A stretch of DNA of 64,000 bases from Candidatus Heimdallarchaeota archaeon (GCA_011364965.1 RDOB01000003.1:528939-592938), one strand, 5' to 3'. Positions 34,640-43,768 are shown, numbered from the stretch's first letter. Translations and numbers: made by a program. The notes: generated by a model from the sequence alone, not told the origin.

Positions 34640-36052
34640 ATGAAAAAATCTATTTGTATTCTCATTTTCGGTATTTTGGCAAGTTTTGGACTTTTATTAC
34701 ATTCTCCTACCACTATTAAAGCTACATTGCCATTAGAACATAATACAGGTTGGCAATGGGAAATTAATACTAATGATACGCTTATTTACAAAATTGTAGA
34801 TAATGTATTAGGAGCTCGTTATGAAGCCTATAATATTACTGGTGAACCTTGGGTTGCTTCTGGGGTCTTAGATGTTATAAATATAACTAAATTAATATTT
34901 AATCCTATAACTGGAACTGTTGAAAACTCAGAAGAGTTATTCCAATGTGTCGCAAGTCTGAGTCCAGGATTTTGGCAGCTTTCGTTTTACGATGCTGGAG
35001 TGAATACTGGTGGTTTTACTATGGCTTTCCCACTAATCCCTGTGAACACAAGCGGTTTGATAAATCAAACCCAGTTAGATGATTGGGGTGCAGCTATGAC
35101 AAACGATCTTGGAGGAACTACTTATGCGAGAGCTTTACAGTTACAAGAATATACTGTGGTAGGTGATAACGAACTTCAACTTTACAATTCGACTTATGGC
35201 TACTATGTCAATATGACTTATAATGACAATGGAATCCTTGAAACCGCGTGTGTAAAGATTGAATTAGAAATGGGTGGACCATTTATTCTAGAACAAACTA
35301 TAACAAAAGAAATTGGGGACATAATTAGTCTATTAAACCCAATAGATGAAACATCTCTTGCTGTAGAGGTTGGAGATAGTCTAATTTATCAATTTTATAT
35401 GAATGGAGTTCCCCAAGCGTTTCAAAGTTACAATATCACATATGTTGGGAAAATCACAGTTGACTATCAAGGTCAAGATAAATTATTTTGGGGAGCTAAT
35501 GCGACCCGATACAATTACGATACGCCCAGCGATACTTGGATATTGGATACAGAATGGCCTGAACAAACGATTGGCGGCGGAGATGATAATTATCTCCTTC
35601 TACGGATGGAGGGGCCAACAAATCTAGTCCATCCTGAAGGAACAAATGGATCAATTCTAGAAATGAATTTAGCGCCGATATATGGATCAGTGTATGGCGG
35701 ATATTTGGATATATGCGAAAAGGGTGACTGGTGGGTAAAATTCTCTAATACAACTACTGATCAATGGATACGAATAGAACTTGAACCAGAAACGGGTCTT
35801 TTACTGAATGTGACATTCACTCAAGGAGCTGATATAATAACAGAATATCTGATTGATGAAGATGATTTTCCACCCTCATCCTCGACGACAACTACAACAA
35901 CAACCACAACTACGACTACCTCTACAACTACAACCTCTCAAATGTCCAGTACAACTGAAACAACACCAGCTGTAACCTCCTTCCCAGGAGTAACAAGTAT
36001 TTTTCTAGCTATTGGAACTCTCATATTAGTGTTCAGAAGACAAAAGAAATAG
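34640..36052 (+). CDS. Cell-surface glycoprotein with Thr stalk and SFPG-TM-basic anchor
   Basis: Signal peptide, two related internal domains (DTLIY / DSLIY...YNIT), poly-Thr stretch, FRRQKK tail. Confidence 0.85.
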   Translation: MKKSICILIFGILASFGLLLHSPTTIKATLPLEHNTGWQWEINTNDTLIYKIVDNVLGARYEAYNITGEPWVASGVLDVINITKLIFNPITGTVENSEELFQCVASLSPGFWQLSFYDAGVNTGGFTMAFPLIPVNTSGLINQTQLDDWGAAMTNDLGGTTYARALQLQEYTVVGDNELQLYNSTYGYYVNMTYNDNGILETACVKIELEMGGPFILEQTITKEIGDIISLLNPIDETSLAVEVGDSLIYQFYMNGVPQAFQSYNITYVGKITVDYQGQDKLFWGANATRYNYDTPSDTWILDTEWPEQTIGGGDDNYLLLRMEGPTNLVHPEGTNGSILEMNLAPIYGSVYGGYLDICEKGDWWVKFSNTTTDQWIRIELEPETGLLLNVTFTQGADIITEYLIDEDDFPPSSSTTTTTTTTTTTTSTTTTSQMSSTTETTPAVTSFPGVTSIFLAIGTLILVFRRQKK

Positions 36053-36069
36053 TTATTTTTTCTTTTTTC
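36011..36069 (+). repeat. 59 bp direct repeat, copy 1 (gene 3' end plus oligo-T terminator)
   Basis: 56/59 identical to 43710-43768. Confidence 0.9.
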
Positions 36070-36298
36070 TTTTTTTTTGTATTCGATCTAATCAATATCC
36101 TCTTCATCACTCAATTCTTTTATCAAATGATCAAAATCAATTGGTCTAGGGTAAATTTTTTCCATTTCCAATTGAATTTTTGATAAATAGACATAATTCA
36201 GTTTGATCATGGATTAAAAAAGTGATCTCGTATGACTTGGGGGTAGATTTTGGCTTCCTTTCTTACCAATACAATTTGTTTGTTATGAACTAGTAGAA

Positions 36299-36424
36299 TA
36301 CTTTGAAAAAGGACTTTCGTTTACCGATTGTTCTATTTTAGTCATAGCAAAGCCTTTTGAGAGTAATGTATACATTGCTACATTTGATGGTCATTTTAAA
36401 TGACTTATTTCCGTTATTGAATGA
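36299..36424 (+). pseudogene. C-terminal remnant of a PIN/VapC gene
   Basis: YFEKGLSFTDCSILVIAKPFESNVYIATFDGHFK*LISVIE; 34/41 aa identical to the end of 55956-56366. Confidence 0.88.
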
Positions 36425-36719
36425 TTTTTATACGAAGGGATGGGAGATACCTGGGATATCATTAATTATAGTACGAACCGAAAAGATTCTTACATTAGCA
36501 AGTCATGTTATTGTAATCTCTAAGGTCTCCACTTCTCTCCACAGATTAAGGAACTTCAGCATTTTTTTTAGGATTGGATTGACACTAATAAATGCTTACA
36601 GTATAAAAAATTAATGTAAAAATCTTAACTTTAAAAATTCTGGCTTCGATATTTCTCAAAAGTTTTATCACATTTCAAACCTTTCAAGTTGGAGGATCAA
36701 GGAGCTTTCATTAGAATAT

Positions 36720-37046
36720 TCAGGGTAAATTTTCTTCCTTATTATCTGCTTTTTTGATTGCTTCCTCCATTCTTTTAAAAAATAACTGATCTGTTAAACA
36801 TTTCAATCTTACTAGTGGATACTCTGTTATGATTTCAAAATAGAATTCTTTTCCCGTGATTTCCCTCAAAAGCATTAAATAATCTTCTAAATGTCGTGGA
36901 TCAACCTTTGGTTTGAAGGTAAATACAATGGATTCTTCTTTATATTCAAACGCTTCAAAAACATTAATACTGAGAAAAGAGAGAAAAAAAGGGATGTAAA
37001 TATGCCATGTTGCATTTTTACTGGAATTCATGGTCTTCTTACGCAT
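36720..37046 (-). CDS. Hypothetical protein
   Basis: 108 aa, GGGAG upstream, divergent from the wHTH gene. Confidence 0.55.
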   Translation of the reverse strand: MRKKTMNSSKNATWHIYIPFFLSFLSINVFEAFEYKEESIVFTFKPKVDPRHLEDYLMLLREITGKEFYFEIITEYPLVRLKCLTDQLFFKRMEEAIKKADNKEENLP

Positions 37047-37398
37047 TTTTCTCCCTTTTCAACGTATCTACCAAAGGACTTAATGTCCTGGGGGTGGAGG
37101 TGGGGGAAGTTCAGGATCTGCTAGTCCAGCCTGTATTCCGACAAAAATAAGTATCAGCCATACAAAAAACGGCAAATATCTTATTAACATTGTTTTTTTG
37201 GGGATTATTTGATTTATTTTTTCCTTTATTGACATAAGTCAACCCTCACCCTAAATAGAAATTGAACTGTTGATTAAATGCACAGGAATCTTTTTTTTAC
37301 AGTTTTTGATAGAACCTGCAGGAATAAAAATCACTTCGCAAGTAAACGAGATCTGACGTTTTAAGTAAAGTTTTATTAAGTTTAAGTAACTGGCTTGA

Positions 37399-38913
37399 TT
37401 GAGATTAATGATCAACTCAGTGAAATCAGTAAATGAGGGAAAAATTGATTATACAACTGAAGTTGAGAGTCAGTTCATACAAGATTTCATTGTTTACTGG
37501 GAAGCAGTACGTAGTGCCATTTCTCATTATAAAAAGCTGGTAAGCAATCAAAAGGTCTCATTAGATCTTGTCAAAATCATTAGAAAAACCTGTGAAGATT
37601 TATTTTTATCGTGTACTCAACCTTTTTTCGAGAAATGGTGTAAAGTGTTCCCTTTCATTCAAAAGGATTCTGGATTCCTTTCCCTCTATTGGTCTTATGA
37701 GATTTCATTTAATAACTTTTCTTATCTCCTTCCCCATAAATTGGTTGTCTTTGAGCTATTTAAATGTGATAATGCGTGCATTCAAAATCTAAAACGCATT
37801 AAAAAACTCGAAGATCTACTTTTCTATTTAACTCGAACGTTCTGCGATTTGAACCTGAATTTAAACTCTAATGATAAAAAAATTCTCAATTATTTTACGT
37901 CTAAGGACTTTGTCTGCTCTTATAAAAGGTTTCCTACGCAAAAAAGGATTTCCGATGCCTTACGTATAAGCGAGGCAACCTATAATCGACGGGAGTCGAT
38001 TTTAGCTGAAACTTATGTTTTTAGTGCCATTTACCGTTTGAATATTAGCGCTCTAGGGTTTGAGACCTTATTTGTTTGTTCTCCCTTTGTGGTTGATAAT
38101 GCCTTTCTAACTCCGTCATCGTTAGCTTCAGTCCCCTATCGCGTGACCGATACCATTGGGGCTCAAAAGATCATTCAATATCAAGTTACGGATTATAATC
38201 TTTTCCAAAAGATCACAAGTTTGTATCAAGACAAAAATTCCCATATGACTAGACTTACAAATGGATATATCGGATGGAATCTACACTCTTTTCACCATAA
38301 TTCTTCTAAACGGTGGAAAGTGCTTCCTCCTATCCTATCTACTTACAATTGGGATGATGGCGTTATTAGCGAGGAAAAAGGATTCCATTACAATTTAATT
38401 CCCCAATCTTTAGCTCCTCATTTAACTGAGGTGGAGAGAGAGATACTAGCCCATTTTTCTAAATATGGTACCCGCTATGATGTTAATTTGGCTAAAAAAT
38501 TTGGGAAAACAGAAAAATATATCCGTAGATCGTGGAGTAGACTTCTATCTGAAAAATTAGTTCACCGTTTTCCTCTCTTTTCGAATATTGGATTAGACGC
38601 TAAACCCTGGATAACTCTTTTTGGCAGAAAGAATGGTGATTATAATAAGCAAAACAGTCTAATCCTCCGTATAGTTGAGCATCTAAAACTCCTACCCTTC
38701 ACTTTTATTTTTTATAAGTTAGCAGAGAGTTCAAAGGGTGATCCTCCTCTTCTTGCTGGTTTAATCTATATTCCAAGTTTTTGGATGACTGAATTCAATA
38801 TTAAATGGAATAAATTAGCTGAATTTGGCTTTCTACCCGAAATTGAATATTCCTACAATCGGTATATTCGTTGGAATATTGATATCACGAAGGTTTCATT
38901 CGGAGCTGTTTAA
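37399..38913 (+). CDS. Large regulator-like protein with two Lrp/AsnC-like winged-helix modules
   Basis: LNSNDKKIL...TQKRISDALRISEATYNRR...NISALG and LTEVEREIL...LAKKFGKTEKYIRRSWSRL...NIGL. Confidence 0.65.
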   Translation: MRLMINSVKSVNEGKIDYTTEVESQFIQDFIVYWEAVRSAISHYKKLVSNQKVSLDLVKIIRKTCEDLFLSCTQPFFEKWCKVFPFIQKDSGFLSLYWSYEISFNNFSYLLPHKLVVFELFKCDNACIQNLKRIKKLEDLLFYLTRTFCDLNLNLNSNDKKILNYFTSKDFVCSYKRFPTQKRISDALRISEATYNRRESILAETYVFSAIYRLNISALGFETLFVCSPFVVDNAFLTPSSLASVPYRVTDTIGAQKIIQYQVTDYNLFQKITSLYQDKNSHMTRLTNGYIGWNLHSFHHNSSKRWKVLPPILSTYNWDDGVISEEKGFHYNLIPQSLAPHLTEVEREILAHFSKYGTRYDVNLAKKFGKTEKYIRRSWSRLLSEKLVHRFPLFSNIGLDAKPWITLFGRKNGDYNKQNSLILRIVEHLKLLPFTFIFYKLAESSKGDPPLLAGLIYIPSFWMTEFNIKWNKLAEFGFLPEIEYSYNRYIRWNIDITKVSFGAV

Positions 38914-39538
38914 AGCGCTGTTGAACAGCGATCTGTATAGATAATATTTGAAAAGCCATTGAAATGTTCTCCCCTGTCCGTGCACTCGTTTCAATTAGAT
39001 GGATTCCGAAACCATAGTTTTCTCGACTTTTTTTATCATATTTTCTAGTTAAATATTCAGCATATTGTCTTGGTACGAGGTTCAATCCACTTTCTTTAAG
39101 ATCTATCTTATTTGCAACTAATATTAAGGGGATTGGTCCTTTCATATTATGTTCCCATAGTTCTCCTATCCAGTTCTCTAAGTTCTTAAAGGAGTCTCTA
39201 TTGGTAATATCATAGATGAGCAATGCGCCATTGGTACCCTTATAAAATGTCTGTCGTACCTCAGAAAAATGTGGTTGCCCTGCTAAATCCCATATCTGAT
39301 ATTTAATTTCCCTAGATCCCAAGTTTACCACATATGTTGAAAAATCTGCTCCTATTGTTGCTGAATAAACGGGATTAAATCCGTGACCAATGAACCGTCG
39401 TCTTATCGAGGTTTTTCCCACAGCTCCATTTCCGATAAGGACTATTTTCCATAATGTCCTAGAGTCCTTTGGAAAAAGGAATTCGACATCCAAATCAGTT
39501 TCAAAATCTGATGGTAAATTAGTAGTAACCCCGTTCAA
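38885..39538 (-). CDS. Rab-like small GTPase (possible upstream ACG start at 39592)
   Basis: GNGAVGKT, TIGADF, IWDLAGQ, FYKG, YDIT, NKID, ETSA. Confidence 0.93.
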   Translation of the reverse strand: MNGVTTNLPSDFETDLDVEFLFPKDSRTLWKIVLIGNGAVGKTSIRRRFIGHGFNPVYSATIGADFSTYVVNLGSREIKYQIWDLAGQPHFSEVRQTFYKGTNGALLIYDITNRDSFKNLENWIGELWEHNMKGPIPLILVANKIDLKESGLNLVPRQYAEYLTRKYDKKSRENYGFGIHLIETSARTGENISMAFQILSIQIAVQQRFKQLRMKPS

Positions 39539-39595
39539 TAGTTCTCTTAAATTATCGCGGAATTCAAATTCATTTTCATTCTTGTTGAACGTACT

Positions 39596-41119
39596 TTATC
39601 CTCCTTTAGAATTACCGTCTTGTGGATTCGTCTTCAGCTCTGGAAGAACAATAGAGAAAGTGGATCCTTTTTTATATTCACTCTCAACATAGATTGCTCC
39701 TTTATGGAGATACACTAATTCACGAGCTAGTGCTAATCCAATTCCTGTTCCTTGAATGTGTGAAACATCATCTGATCTATAAAACCTCGTAAAAATGTGT
39801 GGAATATCCTTTTTTGAGATTCCCATCCCCTGATCAGTAATTTCAATTAATGTTTCCTTATTCTCTTCTCCAGAAGAATATTTTCCCTTATAAGACTCGG
39901 TGACCTTAATAGTTATATTAGAGTTATTCGAAGAATACTTAATGGCATTATCAAGTATGATTCGGAATATTTGTTCAATCCGATGAACATCTCCCATTAA
40001 TTCTACCTGTTCTGAGCCTAAGACTTGAACGTTAAGTTTTTTCTCATAAATTCGCGGTTCTAATTGAGCTATGACTGAATAAATAGTCCCCAAGATATGG
40101 TACTTTTCCCATTTCAATTTTAAGCCTTTCCCAGCGTCGAAACGGGATAATATTAGTAGGTCATCCACCTGCTGATTTAATATTGCTGCACTTCTCCCCA
40201 TAGAATTAATTATCTCGATTTTTTCCTCCTCTGTAAGCTTCGTTCCATACCTTTGAAGGTTTATTACTGATAAATTCAACGCAGAGATAGGAGTTCTAAG
40301 TTCATGGGAAACAACAGATACAAACTTCTTTCGGAGATTTTCAAACTCGATAAATGGAGTAATATCCCTAAATTCAATAATAGAAACAAGAGAATTCTGG
40401 TTTATGGAAGAATTTAACGCGACTGTAAATTCTAGAAAGAGATTTGATGTTACTTCAACTACAACCTTTTGGTTAATGTCGTAAGTTAAGAAAAGTGTTC
40501 TAATGGTGTCAAAAAAGGGGTGACCTGTACTAAGTACGAAATTCAATTCACATACTCTTATTTCTGATAAGATTCTTTTGATTAGTCTTTCTGCTGCTGT
40601 ATTGATGATAATAGCCTTTCCATCTTGATCTAATACAATTACTCCATCTTTTATATTATTAAGTATCAATTCAATCTGTTTTTTTTCTCGATTGACAATT
40701 TCGCTTTGTGATCTAAGATGATCAATTATTTCTTCTAAGTAATCGTGGCTTAAACCAATCTTATCTTCAAAATCTGTTGAGAATGAAATTTGCTTCAATA
40801 GAAGAAATATGGAATTTAAATTAATGTACTTTGTTTTGAAATAGAACGAGATAATCTCTCCATTGTTTCTCAAGCAGCGTAATACACCCGTATTATGCAT
40901 TTTTTCTGAATAAATTGGATATTTGTAAATATAGTCTAAGTCTAGGTTATAGATATATGCTGAAATATCTTTTCCAATCATCTCTTGTTCTGAATATTTT
41001 AATATATCTGTTAGATATATATTAACATATTGTATTTTATGCTCCTTGAGATAAATAATCCCCATATCTAAATTATTTAAGATTTCTTGAAATCCTTCTG
41101 AATTCACCGTTTGATTCAT
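39596..41119 (-). CDS. Cytoplasmic PAS-domain sensor histidine kinase
   Basis: Two PAS-like segments; SHELRTP (H272), DNAIKYS, DQGMG, FTRF, GTGIGL; no TM helix. Confidence 0.93.
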   Translation of the reverse strand: MNQTVNSEGFQEILNNLDMGIIYLKEHKIQYVNIYLTDILKYSEQEMIGKDISAYIYNLDLDYIYKYPIYSEKMHNTGVLRCLRNNGEIISFYFKTKYINLNSIFLLLKQISFSTDFEDKIGLSHDYLEEIIDHLRSQSEIVNREKKQIELILNNIKDGVIVLDQDGKAIIINTAAERLIKRILSEIRVCELNFVLSTGHPFFDTIRTLFLTYDINQKVVVEVTSNLFLEFTVALNSSINQNSLVSIIEFRDITPFIEFENLRKKFVSVVSHELRTPISALNLSVINLQRYGTKLTEEEKIEIINSMGRSAAILNQQVDDLLILSRFDAGKGLKLKWEKYHILGTIYSVIAQLEPRIYEKKLNVQVLGSEQVELMGDVHRIEQIFRIILDNAIKYSSNNSNITIKVTESYKGKYSSGEENKETLIEITDQGMGISKKDIPHIFTRFYRSDDVSHIQGTGIGLALARELVYLHKGAIYVESEYKKGSTFSIVLPELKTNPQDGNSKGG

Positions 41120-41131
41120 GTATAGTTCCCC

Positions 41132-42520
41132 CTAAAACCGGATTTCCCAGGTTGTGTGCCGTTCTTCTTTATTGATAATTTTAGGTGATTCAATATGAAA
41201 GGTCTTTAGGATTCCTTCCAAAAAACCAGTGAGTAAAACATCAGTTAATTCACTGGGGATACCCTCATTTTTCCAATCTTGAACAGTTAATTCAATTGAT
41301 TGGCTCCTACGATTCATTATAAATGATTTTGATGTTAATTTTAGAGGTTTCGCGTTCCAGTCACCCTTCAGATAATTTAACCAAGATTTTTGTAATAATA
41401 TAGCATATCCTGTTCCTAAAATACGTACTCCCTGTTGGATTGATGGGAGCATATTTGTAAAATCCTCCTGACTTGTTCCTAAAGTTGGTAGAATAGTAAA
41501 TTGGGGGAGAATTACCTGTTCAAAATAATCCAATAACTCATCATTTAATAATTTCTGAAGCATTACATCTGGGAGCGAAAAATAAATAGTTTGTAATAGA
41601 GCTATATTACTACTTTGGTCATTTACGCTTGTAAGGAAAAAAGTTGCGATTTTTAAATAATCTTTAAAGTGCTTTAACACTATTTGTATATTTTTATTTA
41701 ATTCAATTCGTTTTTCCGGATCATACTTGTGTAAAAAAATGGAAAGATTTACATTAGACTCATTTTCATTGCGTACCAATGACCATAGCTTATCTAAGTA
41801 GTCTAGGGCTGGTAAGAAGGAAACAGGATCCTGTATATCTACAACATAAATTAAGGTTGAGGTTTTTCCCCAATAAGTCATGTCTTTTAGATATTGACGT
41901 CGATAAAGTTCTTGTCCTCCAAAATCCAATATTAAGATATTCTCTTTTAGGAATTCTTCGAAATCTATGTGCTGAACAACTCCTATGGTTGGCTTAATTG
42001 TATGCAAACGATCTTTCGATTCCTTTTTAAAGAATAATTGAATCATAGACGTTTTTCCGGCTCTAGATAATCCTAGAAGAGCTATTCTTATGACAGGTTT
42101 TTTCATGGATTGAGAAAGCTGAAATTCTTGATTTTTTCGAGTTAATGGACTCAGAATTGGTAAAATTAGTTTTTCAAACATTTCAGATTCTGGAAAATAG
42201 CCTTTGTCTTGGTCTTTCAACAATTGAAATGTTTCTTTAGCAATTAAATCGAAGTATCTCTCTACTTCTTCGGTTTGTATTTTTTCTTTTAGAAATAAAT
42301 ATAATCCGAAGGTTCTATATGTCCTTACATAGATAATTAAGTCAGAAAACCTAATTTCTTGAATTGCACTTTGAATTACTGCCTCTGAAAAATTTTGTAT
42401 CGCAACCATAAATCCAGAGATCAGCTGAGGATCCTGTAAAGTATATTTTGAGCTTTCTTCAGAATAACTCCATACTTCTATCCCTGCATCCGTAGAGATA
42501 GCAAATCTTACAAACATCAT
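41132..42520 (-). CDS. Longin-like / Rag-like small GTPase / V4R(Bet3)-like multidomain protein
   Basis: N-terminal DPQLISGFMVAIQNF; GLSRAGKTS, PTIG, DFGGQ, HKYD, TSV; C-terminal LLTGFLEGIL. Confidence 0.82.
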   Translation of the reverse strand: MMFVRFAISTDAGIEVWSYSEESSKYTLQDPQLISGFMVAIQNFSEAVIQSAIQEIRFSDLIIYVRTYRTFGLYLFLKEKIQTEEVERYFDLIAKETFQLLKDQDKGYFPESEMFEKLILPILSPLTRKNQEFQLSQSMKKPVIRIALLGLSRAGKTSMIQLFFKKESKDRLHTIKPTIGVVQHIDFEEFLKENILILDFGGQELYRRQYLKDMTYWGKTSTLIYVVDIQDPVSFLPALDYLDKLWSLVRNENESNVNLSIFLHKYDPEKRIELNKNIQIVLKHFKDYLKIATFFLTSVNDQSSNIALLQTIYFSLPDVMLQKLLNDELLDYFEQVILPQFTILPTLGTSQEDFTNMLPSIQQGVRILGTGYAILLQKSWLNYLKGDWNAKPLKLTSKSFIMNRRSQSIELTVQDWKNEGIPSELTDVLLTGFLEGILKTFHIESPKIINKEERHTTWEIRF

Positions 42521-42529
42521 ACTTCCTTT

Positions 42530-43411
42530 CTATTGTGATTCAATGGTTAGAATATCTGATATTTTCTCCCAATATGAGGATATATTCCAATTCTTTCCAG
42601 TTTTTATCAGACCAGAGATGGTCTCAAGTATTTCTTTCACCCTTAAAGACATTAAATAATTAATTTTTGTTGCTAGAGTAACCAACATAAATTGTCTTTC
42701 TCCTCCTCTTACAGAATCATCAGGAATCGAATCAAAATAGAGATATCCATCTTTTTCAATATTATAGATTCTTAATAAAACACTCTGAGATTCATAATAT
42801 TTTGAATGTCCATAGATTGAGACTGTTGTTTGGAACAGTTGAACACCTATTTCCTCGAGGTCAAAATCATCAACTGTATTAGGATAGTAATTCTGAATTT
42901 TCGGGCCAAAATTTTCATCCCATAATACATAAAATAAAATTACATCATTTTTTTGCTGAATTTTATAATCATTCTTAATTTCAAGAGATTCTAAAACTGA
43001 ATTTCTGATTCTCTCACTCATTTTTCTGTATTTTAATCCTTTAGCTATTTTTCCTTTTATTGTTGCAAGTAGATCTTCCTCCTCAAATGGTTTTATTATA
43101 TAGTCATCTATCCCGAGAGTTTTAGCAAATCGAACGTCAGCAGGTGAACTTTTTGCAGTCAAGAAAATGAAAGGGATAAGGTTCCAATCTGGATTGTTAG
43201 AAACTTCTTGAAGAAAGTCATAACCATTCATCTCTGGCATCATGATATCGCTAAGGATTAAATCAGGGGGATTTGAGAGATTATCTAATATTTCTAAAGC
43301 TTCTTTTCCATTTGAGCCTGTATAAACTTTATATCCATTGCATGTCAGAAAAATCCTCATATTTAACATGATTTCTTGATTATCTTCAACAACAAGGATT
43401 GTATTTGACAA
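42530..43411 (-). CDS. Response regulator: receiver domain fused to a longin/uDENN-like domain
   Basis: VVED, SD55IMMP, LTAK, KPF; C-terminal WDENFGP and IPDDSVRGGERQF. Confidence 0.88.
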   Translation of the reverse strand: MSNTILVVEDNQEIMLNMRIFLTCNGYKVYTGSNGKEALEILDNLSNPPDLILSDIMMPEMNGYDFLQEVSNNPDWNLIPFIFLTAKSSPADVRFAKTLGIDDYIIKPFEEEDLLATIKGKIAKGLKYRKMSERIRNSVLESLEIKNDYKIQQKNDVILFYVLWDENFGPKIQNYYPNTVDDFDLEEIGVQLFQTTVSIYGHSKYYESQSVLLRIYNIEKDGYLYFDSIPDDSVRGGERQFMLVTLATKINYLMSLRVKEILETISGLIKTGKNWNISSYWEKISDILTIESQ

Positions 43412-43568
43412 AATTTAACCTTCTTTCCACTGTGAATTGATTATTGTAGAATGTTAAGGTCAAAATCCTCTACAACTGTTATTTATAGCTAATTCCTCAT
43501 TAAGAGAGAGGGAATTTTTTTCAAACAAGATTCTAAAAAAAATGAAACACTTAAGCTCCTAATGTGAA

Positions 43569-43655
43569 ATGGATTTTGGAAACACAATTATTATGGTAAC
43601 TCATTATCCTGTTGTTGTCAAAATTGGGGCAGTAGTTCTCGAAGTGCAGGATGAC
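43569..43655 (+). pseudogene. C-terminal remnant of a LolD-like ABC ATPase
   Basis: GNTIIMVTHYPVVVKIGAVVLEVQDD resembles the H-loop terminus TIIMVTHD...DG. Confidence 0.6.
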
Positions 43656-43709
43656 CCGAACATTGAAAATCCTCGTTTGGAACTTTTTGCTGCTTTTTGT
43701 AAACATTTC

Positions 43710-43768
43710 ATTGGAACTCTAATATTAGTTTTCAGAAGACAAAAGAAGTAGTTATTTTTTCTTTTTTC
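43710..43768 (+). repeat. 59 bp direct repeat, copy 2
   Basis: Encodes IGTLILVFRRQKK* plus T-tract, same as 36011-36069. Confidence 0.9.

Noticed and set aside
35876-35970. ACA/ACT-rich repeats here and at about 33625-33745 as a tandem repeat or CRISPR
   Set aside because: They encode Thr/Ser stalks; there is no repeat-spacer structure
36357-36614. 85 aa ORF
   Set aside because: It overlaps the PIN remnant out of frame and has no motif
43569-43751. 60 aa ORF as a functional anchored protein
   Set aside because: It is a chance join of an ABC ATPase remnant and the direct-repeat copy
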